Assembly: GCA_965224085.1 (NCBI GenBank)
Contig: CBDCYI010000011.1
Coordinates: 1,600,001-1,664,000, forward strand
Direction: 5' to 3'
DNA length: 64,000 bases
Origin: Candidatus Marinacidobacterales bacterium
GTDB lineage: Bacteria > Acidobacteriota > Vicinamibacteria > Marinacidobacterales > SMYC01
Part shown: one piece after another, positions 20,018-31,135 of the stretch
How the letters are laid out: each line of letters begins with the position of its first letter
Position numbering within the stretch: the stretch's first letter is position 1
Made by a program: the position numbers and the translations under genes
Notes under the pieces: model-generated
Told to the model about the DNA's origin: nothing
Seen by the model: only the letters and a program-made list of their open reading frames with translations
Databases searched by the model: none

Positions 20018-20506
20018 GTGACAATAATACTAGAAACAGAACGACTCTTCCTTCGAGAGCTATTGCTCAACGACGTCGAGCCATTGACGGCTCTCTTATC
20101 GAGCCCCGAGGTCACACGCTTCACCGGCGGGCCGCGCGATGCGAACGCCGTGCGGCGTTTCGTACAGGCCCAGCAAGAAAGCTATCGCGAGCATCGCTAC
20201 GGCTGCTGGGCCGTCGTGCATCGGGATTCTGGAACCCTCGTGGGACAAGCCGGTATCACATCGGCGTCGAGCCCAACGCTCGGATGTGAGCTCGACGCTG
20301 CCTACTGGGGACACGGCCTCGGGAAAGAAGTCGCGGCGGCCCTTCGGGACTATGCCTTCGATCAGCTGAGCCTCGACCGCATCGCCGCCTCGGTGGATCG
20401 CAAAGACAAAGCCGGACGCAAGCTCGCCGAAGCCATCGGGATGGAGCTTCTGAGCGACGACGACCCTCTCGTCATCGTTTATGGGATCCGCAAGGAGCAG
20501 AAGTGA
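20018..20506 (+). CDS. GNAT N-acetyltransferase (RimJ/RimL-like)
   Basis: ILETERLFLR, YWGHGLGKE; GTG start. Confidence 0.85.
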   Translation: MTIILETERLFLRELLLNDVEPLTALLSSPEVTRFTGGPRDANAVRRFVQAQQESYREHRYGCWAVVHRDSGTLVGQAGITSASSPTLGCELDAAYWGHGLGKEVAAALRDYAFDQLSLDRIAASVDRKDKAGRKLAEAIGMELLSDDDPLVIVYGIRKEQK

Positions 20507-21933
20507 AGAGCTATCATATGACGGCGGACGAATTTCGCCGCTGCGGCCACGAGCTCGTCGACTGGATCGCAGATTACCGCAGCCGCGTCGAAGACCTTCC
20601 CGTGCTCTCGCTATCGAAGCCGGGCGAGCTCAGAGCAGCGCTTCCGGAGCATGCCCCCGACAAAGGCGAATCTTTCGATGACATCCTCGCCGATATCGAT
20701 CGCTTGATCGTTCCCGGAATCACCCATTGGCAATCGCCCAATTTCTTCGCCTATTTCCCTTCCAACTCATCGGAGCCCGGGGTCCTCGGCGACCTCCTCT
20801 CGGCGGGACTGGGCGTACAAGGGATGATCTGGGCAACGAGCCCCGCATGCACCGAGCTCGAGACCCACGTCCTCGACTGGCTCGTCGAGATGCTCGGGCT
20901 TCCGGATTTCTTCAAATCCTCGAGCACGGGCGGCGGTGTTATCCAAGATACAGCGTCGAGCTCGGCCTTGTGCGCTCTTTTAGCCGCGCGTGAGCGCGCC
21001 AGCAACCTCGCGACCAACCGCGTCGGGATCCGAGGAACGATGGTCGCCTATACATCCACGCAAACCCATTCGTCGATCGAGAAAGCCGCGAAGATCGCAG
21101 GGATCGGCTCGGAAAACCTCCGGCTCATCGAAGTGGACGAGGCCTTCGCGATGCAACCCGAAGCGCTCGCACAGCAGATCGCCGCCGACCGCAACGAGGG
21201 GCTCACGCCTTTCTTCGTTTGCGCCACCATCGGGACGACATCGTCGAACGCGATAGACCCGCTTCCTGCAATTGGCCGTATTTGCCGCGCAGAAGACCTC
21301 TGGCTGCATGTCGACGCGGCGATGTCCGGCCCCGCCGCGCTCTCACCAGAATACCGCTTCATCCATGAAGGAATCGAGCACACCGATAGCTATTGCTTCA
21401 ACCCCCATAAATGGATGTTCACAACCTTCGATTGTGACTGTTTCTACGTGAAGAGCCGCAAGGATCTCATCGACACACTGAGCATTCTTCCCGAATATCT
21501 TCGCAACGAAGCCACCGAGTCCGGTGCGGTCATCGACTACCGTGATTGGCACATCCCGCTCGGGCGCCGCTTCCGCGCTCTCAAGCTGTGGTTCGTCATT
21601 CGCCATTACGGCATCGAAGGCCTGAGACACCACGTCTCGCGACACATCGAGCTAGCGCAGCAGTTCGCGAGCTGGATCGAAGCCGATGAGCGATTCGAGC
21701 TCGCCGCACCAGCGCCTTTGAACCTCGTGTGTTTTCGCCATCTGGGCGGCGACGCCGTGAACGAAGCTCTCATGAACCGCTTGAACGGGAGCGGCAAAGT
21801 CTACCTGACCCACACCAAGCTCGACGCTCGCTTCGCTCTCCGCATGGCCATTGGACAGACGATGACCGAAGAGCGCCACGTCCGCGCCGCCTGGAATTTG
21901 ATCCGCGAGTTCGCGCCGCCCAAGCCGGTCTAG
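20503..21933 (+). CDS. PLP-dependent aromatic L-amino acid decarboxylase family
   Basis: THWQSPNFFAYF, SPACTELE, HVDAA, NPHKW, GRRFRALKLW. Confidence 0.92.
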   Translation: MKSYHMTADEFRRCGHELVDWIADYRSRVEDLPVLSLSKPGELRAALPEHAPDKGESFDDILADIDRLIVPGITHWQSPNFFAYFPSNSSEPGVLGDLLSAGLGVQGMIWATSPACTELETHVLDWLVEMLGLPDFFKSSSTGGGVIQDTASSSALCALLAARERASNLATNRVGIRGTMVAYTSTQTHSSIEKAAKIAGIGSENLRLIEVDEAFAMQPEALAQQIAADRNEGLTPFFVCATIGTTSSNAIDPLPAIGRICRAEDLWLHVDAAMSGPAALSPEYRFIHEGIEHTDSYCFNPHKWMFTTFDCDCFYVKSRKDLIDTLSILPEYLRNEATESGAVIDYRDWHIPLGRRFRALKLWFVIRHYGIEGLRHHVSRHIELAQQFASWIEADERFELAAPAPLNLVCFRHLGGDAVNEALMNRLNGSGKVYLTHTKLDARFALRMAIGQTMTEERHVRAAWNLIREFAPPKPV

Positions 21934-22075
21934 TTTTGGCTCGAAGGCGTTGGATTGCCGATATCGAGGACGACCTTCCACTCACCATCGGTGTTGCGGC
22001 GGAAAATCGTCACGTAGCGGCCCGTTTCGACCACCGTGTTACCTTCGGATCGACGCGTTCACGCCGATAGTTCAT
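21930..22075 (-). pseudogene. NTF2-like/DUF4440 gene relic (internal deletion)
   Basis: C-terminal GRYVTIFRRNTDGEWKVVLDIGN* retained; ATG 22075 overlapping the NUDIX stop is out of frame. Confidence 0.6.
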
Positions 22076-22620
22076 AAGAGTCCCTCGAGTTGGAACAGCC
22101 AAAAGAAACCAACAACGACGAGCGCGTGCGAGATGCGTCCCTCACGCAGAAGACGCGGGACCTCCTCGCGCGGATAACAGACGACTTCGATGTCCTCGGT
22201 CTCGTCGGGCCGAGGCGGCCCCGCGAGATACGCGTCTTTGGCGAGATAGGTAAAGCACCGATTGCCCTGCAGCGCGGGGTTCGGATGGACGACACCGAGC
22301 TCCACGAGCTCGGGAGACGTATAGCCCGTCTCCTCCATAAGCTCGCGCAGCCCCGCGGCCATCGGAGACGCGTCGCCTGGATCGATCATGCCGCCTGGGA
22401 TCTCAAGGCTCGTTTCATCGGACCCGTGCCGGTGCAGCTCTATGAAAACGATCTCGTCATCCGGTGTCAGCGGGATCACATTGACCCAGTCCACGGAGTC
22501 GATGACGTAGAAGTCGTGAGAGGTTGCCGAGCCGCGGCGTTGTTTGCGGTCCCGGCGTAGCGAGAACACCGGCGTCTCGAAAACGATCTCGCGCGCGGAG
22601 GTACGCCAATTCTTCCTCAA
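22072..22620 (-). CDS. NUDIX hydrolase
   Basis: EIPGGMID..AGLRELMEETGY Nudix box. Confidence 0.9.
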   Translation of the reverse strand: MRKNWRTSAREIVFETPVFSLRRDRKQRRGSATSHDFYVIDSVDWVNVIPLTPDDEIVFIELHRHGSDETSLEIPGGMIDPGDASPMAAGLRELMEETGYTSPELVELGVVHPNPALQGNRCFTYLAKDAYLAGPPRPDETEDIEVVCYPREEVPRLLREGRISHALVVVGFFWLFQLEGLL

Positions 22621-22623
22621 GAT

Positions 22624-25521
22624 TCAAGAGCCGAGGCGCGACCTGGCGTCCCCGACCATCTCGAGCTTCCAATCGGCCGCGCCCCAGAGGTCGAGGAATC
22701 TCCGGAGCAGTCGCCGCCCTTCCTCCGCTCGTCCCTGTTCTAGCTCGAGAACACCGAGACGGTAGAGCGTGCTCGCGTAGATGACCGGATGGTCCAGCCG
22801 CTCGGCGCCGCTCGAAAGAATAGTTAGAAACGTCTCCTTGGCCCGCCGGGTGTCCCCGCTCGCGAGATAGCTGCGCGCAAGCCCGTCACGAATCGCGGCG
22901 CCTGCGCTCGAGCACGTCGAAGCCCAATCGAGCATGAGCGAGGCGGACGTGGCGCGCTCGAAACTCAATATTGCGTGCTCCACATCCCCGGAGTAAAGCG
23001 CAAGCTCTCCCGACAGCGCCTCGTGATAAACGCGCGCCGAAGTGCTCGACTCGGTGGCGGGAAGATCCGCGAGCGTTTCGAGGTAGCGGGCCGCGGCCTC
23101 GACATCGTCGTCGAACTGCGCCATCCGTCCTGCCATGTAGAGGCCGCGAAAGCTTTCGGGCTGCATGGAGAGCGCCCGCTCGACCTCGATACGAGCTGCG
23201 CCGCTTTCACCGTTCAAGTAGTAGAGCTCGGCCATGCCATGAAGCGCGCTCGCGGGAACCCCCCCGCTTCCACCTTCATGCGTTCTGAGACCGCTCGCCA
23301 TGCCCGCTTGTCGAAGAAAATCCACGGCGCTTTCGAATTCGCCCACGTAAGCGTGAAAGACGCCACGGTTGCGCAGAGCCCAGGCACGTAAGTGATCGGA
23401 ACGCCACTCGTCGGGATTTTGCTCGACGAATCGGCGCGCGATATCCCAGCGCGACGCCATAATGGCAGCGGAAGACTGAAAGAGCGGCCCTTCGATCCAC
23501 GAGAAAACTTGATCGAAGCCGAGCGCTTCTTCCGGCTGGCCTTCGAGCGTCGCTAGGATAGCTCGAAGACCCATGACTTTGTCTGGACGGCTCGACTCCC
23601 ACTCCGCCATTCGCTCACGCGCGCTCTCCGGCTCTCCCCGAAAGGCGTAGCTCAAGGCGAGGCGGTCATAGACCTGGTGAAAGGATGGGTCGAGCGCAAG
23701 GAGCCGCTCCATGTGCTCGATCGCGAGATCGGTATCGCCGTCGCGTAGCGAGTGGACATAAATCTGGCTGAGAATGTAGAGCGCCTCTTTCTGCTCCGCG
23801 TCGCGGGCGAGCACGTTCTCGAGAAGGGGTATCGCCTGCGCGAAGGCACCGTCCTGATAGAGCGCATTGGCCTCGATGATCCCGCGCAGATGCGCTGGCG
23901 CTTGCTCGACGAGCGCCGAGGCGCGCCGCGCCGCTTGATGCGCCAATGGGCCGTCAGAGAGCCAGCGCGCCGTCATGCTCAGGCGATGGTGCGCGAGCGC
24001 GAATCCAGGATCGACTCGCACCGCCTCTGAGAACGATTCGACCGCGTCGTCGAGCTCCGAAGCGTGCAGATAGAGCTCCCCCTCGACATATCGTCGATAG
24101 GCTTCGATCGACGTTGGCTCGGTTGTGTCCCACACGCGCTCGTGAGCAGTTTCACCGAGCTGGGCCCGCACTTGCTCTCCGAGTGAGTCCGCGAGCACGA
24201 AGATATCCTCGGCGCTCGCCCCACTCGCCCGTTGAGAGGCGAGAGATCGTCCCGAGGCTACGTCGACGAGCTCTGTTGTCGCGACCATTCGGCCACCGGC
24301 CGAAACGAGCTGTCCCACGACCATGGTGCGAACGCCAGCCGCTTCGGCCACGGAGGTTGCTACGGAGCGATCGACGTCGATCAGTTTGCTAGCCTGACCC
24401 CGAAGACTCGCGGCAACATCGTGAATGCGCTGGCGGCTCACGACATGGAGCTCTTCGAACGACGAGAGCTCGCTCGTCAACAGATGCGTCAGCATGCGTC
24501 CGAGCTGCTGGCCATCCTCCGGGTCCGACAGGTTGTCGAAGTACATGACGGCGACCGCGTCCGTTTCAGGTGGCGACACTCCGCTCGGAACGAGGAAGAA
24601 GAGTGCGGTGGCCACCAAGACTCCGACGGCTGCCAACCACATCGGTTTCTTCCTACGAATAGGAGCCGTAGCGAGTGATTTCGAGCGAGCGTCATCTCTG
24701 AGCGCCGCTTCGAGTTCGCCCATGCTTTGGTAGCGTTCGTTCGGATCTTTGCGAAGACACCTCGCGACCACGCGCGCAAGCTCAGCGGATACATCGCCCT
24801 TTATCCCGTCGAGAGGCGTGGGCTCGTCGTGGAGGAGCCGATCGAGAAGCTGGGTCGCGGTCATCCCCGAGAACGGCGGCTTGCCCGCGAGCATCTCGTA
24901 CAGAAGGCAGCCAAACGAGAACACGTCACTTCTTGCATCGACGTGCTGTCCCAATGCCTGCTCGGGCGCCATATAGGCCATCGTCCCCACGATCATCCCG
25001 GCTTGGGTCAGCCGCAGCATCGTTTCCGTCTCGGGCTCCACCGATGAAACGATCGTTTTCGCGAGACCGAAGTCCAGGATTTTGGGAATGCCGAGATGCG
25101 AGAGAACGAGGTTCGCCGGCTTTAAGTCCCGATGCAAGATGCCGCGCTCGTGCGCATAGGCAAGCGCACCCGCCAAAGGAAGGGCGAGCTCGAGAACATG
25201 CTCTGGCCTAAGGCACCCCTCGCGTTCGAGGATGCGTTCGAGCGTCTCGCCGTCGACGAACTCGAACGCGATGTAGTGGAGACCGTCGGCCTCGCCGATC
25301 TCGTGAATCGTAGTGATATTGGGATGGTTCAGCGCCGAACAGGATCGTGCTTCGGAAACGAAACGCTCGCGAAATTCCGGCTGGCGCGCGAGCTCGGGCG
25401 AGAGTACTTTGAGCGCGACGTCGCGCGACAAGCGCGGGTCATGCGCCAAGTAAACCGAGCCCATTGCTCCGCGTCCCAGCAAACGTTTCATCTGGTAAAC
25501 GCCGAGGATGTCTTCGTCCAT
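22624..25521 (-). CDS. Hanks-type Ser/Thr kinase with TM, TolB-like and TPR regions
   Basis: GRGAMG, VALK, HRDLKPAN, DFG, YMAPE, DVFSFG; TM helix then helical repeats. Confidence 0.92.
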   Translation of the reverse strand: MDEDILGVYQMKRLLGRGAMGSVYLAHDPRLSRDVALKVLSPELARQPEFRERFVSEARSCSALNHPNITTIHEIGEADGLHYIAFEFVDGETLERILEREGCLRPEHVLELALPLAGALAYAHERGILHRDLKPANLVLSHLGIPKILDFGLAKTIVSSVEPETETMLRLTQAGMIVGTMAYMAPEQALGQHVDARSDVFSFGCLLYEMLAGKPPFSGMTATQLLDRLLHDEPTPLDGIKGDVSAELARVVARCLRKDPNERYQSMGELEAALRDDARSKSLATAPIRRKKPMWLAAVGVLVATALFFLVPSGVSPPETDAVAVMYFDNLSDPEDGQQLGRMLTHLLTSELSSFEELHVVSRQRIHDVAASLRGQASKLIDVDRSVATSVAEAAGVRTMVVGQLVSAGGRMVATTELVDVASGRSLASQRASGASAEDIFVLADSLGEQVRAQLGETAHERVWDTTEPTSIEAYRRYVEGELYLHASELDDAVESFSEAVRVDPGFALAHHRLSMTARWLSDGPLAHQAARRASALVEQAPAHLRGIIEANALYQDGAFAQAIPLLENVLARDAEQKEALYILSQIYVHSLRDGDTDLAIEHMERLLALDPSFHQVYDRLALSYAFRGEPESARERMAEWESSRPDKVMGLRAILATLEGQPEEALGFDQVFSWIEGPLFQSSAAIMASRWDIARRFVEQNPDEWRSDHLRAWALRNRGVFHAYVGEFESAVDFLRQAGMASGLRTHEGGSGGVPASALHGMAELYYLNGESGAARIEVERALSMQPESFRGLYMAGRMAQFDDDVEAAARYLETLADLPATESSTSARVYHEALSGELALYSGDVEHAILSFERATSASLMLDWASTCSSAGAAIRDGLARSYLASGDTRRAKETFLTILSSGAERLDHPVIYASTLYRLGVLELEQGRAEEGRRLLRRFLDLWGAADWKLEMVGDARSRLGS

Positions 25522-25640
25522 CGCCCCTCCGAGCCGACCTACCTTTTTGAGATCCTAACATCAAGACACGTGAACGGCTATAACGTATAAAATGCTCAGC
25601 CCATGAGACAGATCGCCGGTATGGGCTACGACGCGCTAGA

Positions 25641-26606
25641 GTGATGACTCTCGCACCGAATCGACAGGACATCGACGAGGCGCGCACGCGCATCGATGGG
25701 CTCGTGCACCGAACGCCGCTCCTGTCTTCCCGCGCTCTCGGCGTGCGATCCGGGCTCGAGGTGTTCGTGAAAGCCGAGAATCTGCAGAAGACCGGTAGCT
25801 TCAAGCCGCGCGGCGCGTTCAACAAGGTTTTGAGTCTCACGGCGGACGAGCGCGCCAAAGGGATCATCACCGCGTCCGCGGGGAATAACGGCCAAGCCGT
25901 GGCTTTCGTGGCTGCTCACCAACGCGTTCCCGGCTGGGTCGTCATGCCCGAGGCGGCCAACCGCAGCAAGGTCGCCGCCGTCCGGGAATATGGCGCCGAG
26001 GCCGTTCTTCATGGCGCCGTTTGGGACGACGCTTATGCCCGCTCCGTCGAGATCGCCAGAGAGCAAGGCCTCAGCTACGTTCACCCCTTCAAGGACCGGC
26101 ACATCATGGCAGGACAAGCGACGATCGCGCTCGAGATCCTCGAAGACTTGCCCGATGTGGAAGCCGTGCTCGCACCGATCGGAGGCGGCGGTCTCATCGT
26201 GGGTATGGCAAGTGCCTTCAAGCTGATCGCACCAAACGTAAACGTGATAGGCGTCGAGCCGGAAGGTGCGGCGAATATGGCGAAAAGCCGGGAAGCGGGC
26301 AGACCGGTGGAACTCGACGCGGTCGAGACGATCGCCGACGGCCTCGCGACAAAAAAAACCGACCCCGAAGTGTGGGAGGCCATCGCACCGAACGTGGAGA
26401 CCTTCGTGACGGTCAGCGATGAAGAGATGCTGACTGCCATCCGGTTTCTGCTCGAGCGCGCCAAGCTTCTCACCGAAGTATCCGGAGCCGCCACAACGGC
26501 CGCTCTTTTGTCCGGCAAGTTGAATCTACCCGCGGGAACCAAGACTGTCGCCGTACTCTCCGGAGGGAATTTCGACGTCTCGGGCAAGCTCGAGCTTCGA
26601 GCTTGA
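25641..26606 (+). CDS. Threonine/serine ammonia-lyase (PLP)
   Basis: KAENLQKTGSFK, SAGN, PIGGGGL, TIADG, SGGN. Confidence 0.9.
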   Translation: MMTLAPNRQDIDEARTRIDGLVHRTPLLSSRALGVRSGLEVFVKAENLQKTGSFKPRGAFNKVLSLTADERAKGIITASAGNNGQAVAFVAAHQRVPGWVVMPEAANRSKVAAVREYGAEAVLHGAVWDDAYARSVEIAREQGLSYVHPFKDRHIMAGQATIALEILEDLPDVEAVLAPIGGGGLIVGMASAFKLIAPNVNVIGVEPEGAANMAKSREAGRPVELDAVETIADGLATKKTDPEVWEAIAPNVETFVTVSDEEMLTAIRFLLERAKLLTEVSGAATTAALLSGKLNLPAGTKTVAVLSGGNFDVSGKLELRA

Positions 26607-26711
26607 AACAACGGACGCCCCTCATCGACCGGGTCGTCTCCGCGCGTAGCGTGATAGTGGCGTCATCGAAGCTCCCTTGACCCACACCGATTTTCGCGTT
26701 AGATCAGCGCG

Positions 26712-27979
26712 ATGGCCGTAACTCGCGAACAAATTGCGCGACGACAATTGGAGAAGCTGAATCGGCCTGACTCCGGACTCGCGCTCTTGAGAAAAAAAAC
26801 GCGTTTTATAGGAAAAAGCTCGAAAGCGTCACGCTCCCCATTTCGGCGCTCGACGTTTTTCTCGGCATGCCGTTTACCACCAAGCAGGAGCTAGTCGACG
26901 ATCAGGCGGACTACCCGCCCTATGGAACGAATCTCACGTTCGAGCAAGACGCCTACACTCGCATTCACGCTACCTCGGGCACGACTGGGAGGCGCCTTAC
27001 ATGTCTCGACACCAACGAGAGCTGGGCGTGGTTCACATTTTGTTGGCAAGAGATTTATCGCGCCATCGGCATCAATCGTGAGGACCGCATCTTCGCCGCG
27101 TTCGGTTTCGGCCCGTTCGTGGGTTTTTGGGCGGGCTATGAGGCGGCACAGCAGATCGGCGCGCTTGCAATCCCCGGCGGGGCACAAAGCTCCGAGCAAA
27201 GGCTTCATTGGCTCATGGAAGCGCAAGCCACCGTTCTTCTCTCGACGCCGACCTATGCACTCCGGCTTATCGAAGTCGCGCGGGAAAAGGATATAGATCT
27301 TCGAACGAGCGCCATCCGCCATACGATTCACGCCGGCGAGCCGGGAGCCAATGTGCCGTCCATTCGTGAGCAAATCGAGTCCGCTTGGGGTGCGCGCTGC
27401 TGGGACCACGCCGGGATGAGCGAGGTCGGGGCCTGGGGCTATCCGTGTCCGGACGATCAAGGGCTGCACTTGCTGGAATCAGAGTTCATCGCCGAAGTCG
27501 TCTCGGTGAAGACCGGGGAGCCCGTCGCTGAGGGAGAGACGGGCGAGCTCATCTTGACGAATCTCGGCCGGTGGGCGATGCCCGCGTTGCGCTACCGCAC
27601 TGGGGACGTCGTCAAACGGGTGTCAACGCCGTGCACATGTGGGAGCCCGTTCATACGCTTTCCTGGCGGCGTTCTGGGCAGGGTCGACGACATGATCCAA
27701 GTGCGTGGCGTCAACGTCTACCCGAGCGCGGTCGAGTCGATCATCCGCGAGGAGCCCGCGGTGGTCGAGTTTCAAGTCGATATCTCAAAAGAGCGTGGCA
27801 TGTGGGAGCTCCACATCGTGGTGGAGGTCGCCCCGGGCGCTGACTCAGAGGCGATCCGAGTGGGCGTCGCCGAAGCCCTAAGAAACCGGCTCGGGATCAG
27901 CGCGACGGTTGAGATCGCCGCACCATCTAGCCTTCCCCGCTACGAGCTCAAAGCGCGCCGATTCCGTTTCAAGACGTAA
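26712..27979 (+). CDS. Phenylacetate-CoA ligase family, frameshift at A8 run ~26792
   Basis: MAVTREQIARRQL joins NAFYRKKL..PFTTKQEL if one A is added; TSGTTG, GEPG, RYRTGD. Confidence 0.85.
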
Positions 27980-28211
27980 CGACGTTGATTTCGAGCTCGT
28001 AGTCGAAACCCCACATTCGCCGCCGACCAACAGTGGGGAACTCCCCGCAGCTTTCCCATGACCGGACAGTAGACTCGCGCCCTTCCCCAGCTGGTCGTAC
28101 ATAGCTTATCTACTGCTGTTGCTCCACTTAAGTTCAAGAGCTGACGTTTTTGTGCGCGGCGTCACGCATCTGGAACGCATCTTGTAAAGGGTTCCGGGAA
28201 GGAGACCCACC

Positions 28212-28784
28212 ATGCCTGCGGTACAAGGCCACATCTACGATATTTTTAAGCAATATTCTCGGCTCTACCAGCAGCGAAACCGAGTCGACGGGCAGCTCAC
28301 TCCCGAGCAGCAAAAGGAATGGGTCGAGGTCACGTTCACGCTCGACAGCATCTTCTCGGGTCTCTACCGGCCCGAAGTGCCGATGGAAGACTTGCCCACC
28401 ACTTCAGCGGAGATGTTGAGGCACAAAGTCCCCGTGGATTTTTTGCGCATCCCCGCCGACGCGGATGTTTTGTGCGAGACGCGCAACAACTTCTTCTCCG
28501 GCAAGCTCCAGGACATCAGCGTGGGTGGCGCGTATGTCCATTCACCGATTCCCTTCCGTGTGGACAGCACCGTCCGGCTGACTTTCTGCACGTTTCGCGA
28601 GCGTCAACCTCTCGAGGTGGAAGGGCGGATCGCGTGGAGCAACCCGGGCGGCGTCCGGAAGAACGACTTTCCCGAGGGCGCCGGCATTCAGTTCACGAAT
28701 TGCGACCAAACCCGAACGGCGCAGATTCAAGACTACGTGTACGAGCTTGTCGAAGAGACGCTCTCGCGGGCGCATCTCATCTGA
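28212..28784 (+). CDS. PilZ domain protein
   Basis: DISVGGAY, GRIAW, GAGIQF; GGAG SD. Confidence 0.8.
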   Translation: MPAVQGHIYDIFKQYSRLYQQRNRVDGQLTPEQQKEWVEVTFTLDSIFSGLYRPEVPMEDLPTTSAEMLRHKVPVDFLRIPADADVLCETRNNFFSGKLQDISVGGAYVHSPIPFRVDSTVRLTFCTFRERQPLEVEGRIAWSNPGGVRKNDFPEGAGIQFTNCDQTRTAQIQDYVYELVEETLSRAHLI

Positions 28785-28879
28785 CGTCCACGATAGACTT
28801 CAGACCTCAGTTCCGCCTTCGACGAAGACCGGGCAGCAGAGTGCATCCCGCTTGTTAACACCCTGCTAGAATGGGCCGC

Positions 28880-29365
28880 ATGGCGCCCGGCGCAGTGCTC
28901 GCTCTCGTCTTCGTCTTGATGCTCGCGGGTATTTTGGGCTCGTTTCTGCCCATGATTCCGGGAACACCTCTCATTCTTTTGGGCGCTGTTGTGTACGCAC
29001 TCGCCACTGACTTTCAGCCCGTCGACACCTGGCGACTCGTCTTTCTCGTCGCGCTCGCCGGGGTCGCTTACGCGCTCGACTATCTCGCCGCGGCGCTCGG
29101 AACGAGGAAGCTGGGCGGAAGCCGGTGGGCGATGCTCGGCGCAGTGCTCGGAGGTGTCGCCGGGCTTTTCTTCGGACCGATTGGAATCCTCGTCGGCCCC
29201 ATCCTCGGTGCGATTGGTGTCGAGCTCATTCACAGGAAGGATGTCAACATTGCGCTCAAGAGCGGGCTCGGCGCGGTCGTGGGCGTTTTTCTGGGAGTGG
29301 TTGCCAAGCTCTCCATTTCCGTGATGATGGTCGGGCTTTTCACGTTCTGGGTGATACAAGGGTGA
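28880..29365 (+). CDS. DUF456 membrane protein
   Basis: P.IPG, GGSRWA..GA..G, GPILGA; TAGAAT 7 nt before ATG 28880. Confidence 0.85.
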   Translation: MAPGAVLALVFVLMLAGILGSFLPMIPGTPLILLGAVVYALATDFQPVDTWRLVFLVALAGVAYALDYLAAALGTRKLGGSRWAMLGAVLGGVAGLFFGPIGILVGPILGAIGVELIHRKDVNIALKSGLGAVVGVFLGVVAKLSISVMMVGLFTFWVIQG

Positions 29366-29811
29366 GTGACGAGCGCTTTCGGACCTGGCTCACGTCAGCC
29401 GTCGAGCAAGCGGAGAAGTCATGGAGCGAAGGAGGCATCCCCATCGGCGCCGTGCTGGTCGCCCCCGGCGGCGAGATCGTGGCGCGGGGACACAACGAAC
29501 GTGTGCAAACGGGCGACCCCACCGCGCACGCCGAGATGGTCGCCATCCGCCGCGCTGGCCGACGCCGCGATTTCTCGAAGCTCACTCTCGTCTCTACCTT
29601 AAGCCCATGCCCAATGTGCTCGGGCACGGCGATCCTCTACCGCATCCCTACCGTCGTCATCGGCGAGAACAAGACGTTCATGGGCGCGGAGGACTGGATG
29701 CGCCAAAACGGGACCACGCTTCACGTTCTTCAGGACTCGCGTGCGATCGCGCTCATGGAACGACTCCAAAGAGAAAACCCCGACCTTTGGGCGGAAGATA
29801 TCGGCGAATGA
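29362..29811 (+). CDS. Zn-dependent nucleoside/cytosine deaminase
   Basis: PIGAVL, HAE, SPCPMC. Confidence 0.88.
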   Translation: MSDERFRTWLTSAVEQAEKSWSEGGIPIGAVLVAPGGEIVARGHNERVQTGDPTAHAEMVAIRRAGRRRDFSKLTLVSTLSPCPMCSGTAILYRIPTVVIGENKTFMGAEDWMRQNGTTLHVLQDSRAIALMERLQRENPDLWAEDIGE

Positions 29812-29846
29812 GGTAAACTGCGCACCGCAAGAATTGGAGAGTCGAC

Positions 29847-30536
29847 ATGGCTAGCCGAGCACACATCACTCCGGAGCTTTTCAAGTTCTTTCGTGAATTG
29901 AAGCGGAAAAACAACCGCGAGTGGTTCCAGAAGAACAAGTCGCGCTACGAAGAGATCGTCCGCAACCCGCTTCTCGAGTTCATTTCCGAATTCGCGCCCA
30001 AGCTTCACAAACTGAGCCCCCATTTCATCGCGGATCCTCGTCCCGTAGGTGGGTCGTTGTTTCGCATCTACCGCGACGTGCGTTTTTCGAAGGACAAGAC
30101 CCCCTACAAGACAGCCGCGGGCGTGCACTTCCGCCACGAAGATTGCAAGAACGTGCACGCTCCGGGCTACTATTTGCATCTCGAGCCTGGGATGGTTTTC
30201 GCCGGTGCCGGGATCTGGCGCCCGGAATCGAGAACCCTTCACAAAGTGCGGGAGGCGCTCGTCGCGGACCCGAAAGGCTGGAAACGCGCTGTTTCTGGAA
30301 AGGCGTTCACGACAGAGTGCAAGCTCGATGGAGAATCGCTCAAACGTCCTCCGAAGGGATACGACCCGGAGCACCCGCTCATCGACGATCTCAAGAGAAA
30401 AGACTTCACCGCCTCGGTCAAGTTCACAGAGAAACAGGCTTGTGAGAAAGACTTCATGAAAACACTCGCGGCGTCCTACAAGACGATGGCGCCCTTCAAC
30501 CGGTATTTGACCCGCGCCGTAGGTGCCCCATGGTAA
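29847..30536 (+). CDS. DUF2461 family protein
   Basis: NNREWF, RIYRDVRFSKDKTPYK, LKRPPKG. Confidence 0.92.
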   Translation: MASRAHITPELFKFFRELKRKNNREWFQKNKSRYEEIVRNPLLEFISEFAPKLHKLSPHFIADPRPVGGSLFRIYRDVRFSKDKTPYKTAAGVHFRHEDCKNVHAPGYYLHLEPGMVFAGAGIWRPESRTLHKVREALVADPKGWKRAVSGKAFTTECKLDGESLKRPPKGYDPEHPLIDDLKRKDFTASVKFTEKQACEKDFMKTLAASYKTMAPFNRYLTRAVGAPW

Positions 30537-31135
30537 CGATGCCCCTTCTACTTTTGGCGGCGACGCTGTCCGCAGCCGAAATGCTGGAGCGCTCGATCGG
30601 CTATCACGATTCCGATGGACGGTTCGCGACGTCCGCCGTCGCGATGGAGCTTTCGGAGTCACGCGCCGAGGGACGCGTTCGCAAAACGAGCATTGTCATC
30701 GACAACCGCCACAGTCGTTTCGAGATGCGACGCATCGCGGACGACGAGGGGGAGGTCTACTTCTCGATTGAAGGAGACAACGTCAAAGTCTATCTCGACG
30801 GCTCGACTAACTTTTCGAAAGAAGAGGCGGGGCAATACCGGCTCGCGCCCGAGCAAGCCAAACGAACGAGGAACTACTACATTTATCTCTATGGGCTCCC
30901 GATGAAGCTCCTCGATCCCGGCACGCGGCTCGATCCCAAGACCCGTGAAAAAGAATATCAAGGCCACGCGGTGTACGAGCTCAAAGTCACCTACGACGAA
31001 GAGGTCGGACAGGACACTTGGTATTTCTATCTCGATCGCGAGACCTATGCGCTCGTCGGCTACCGCTTCTACCACGATGAGGGCAAGAATGACGGCGAGT
31101 ACATCGTGCTCGAGGGCGAAGCGAACGGTGCCGGA

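Noticed and set aside
27980-28210. Possible ncRNA or riboswitch upstream of the PilZ gene
   Set aside because: No recognisable riboswitch motif and only short scattered complementarity.
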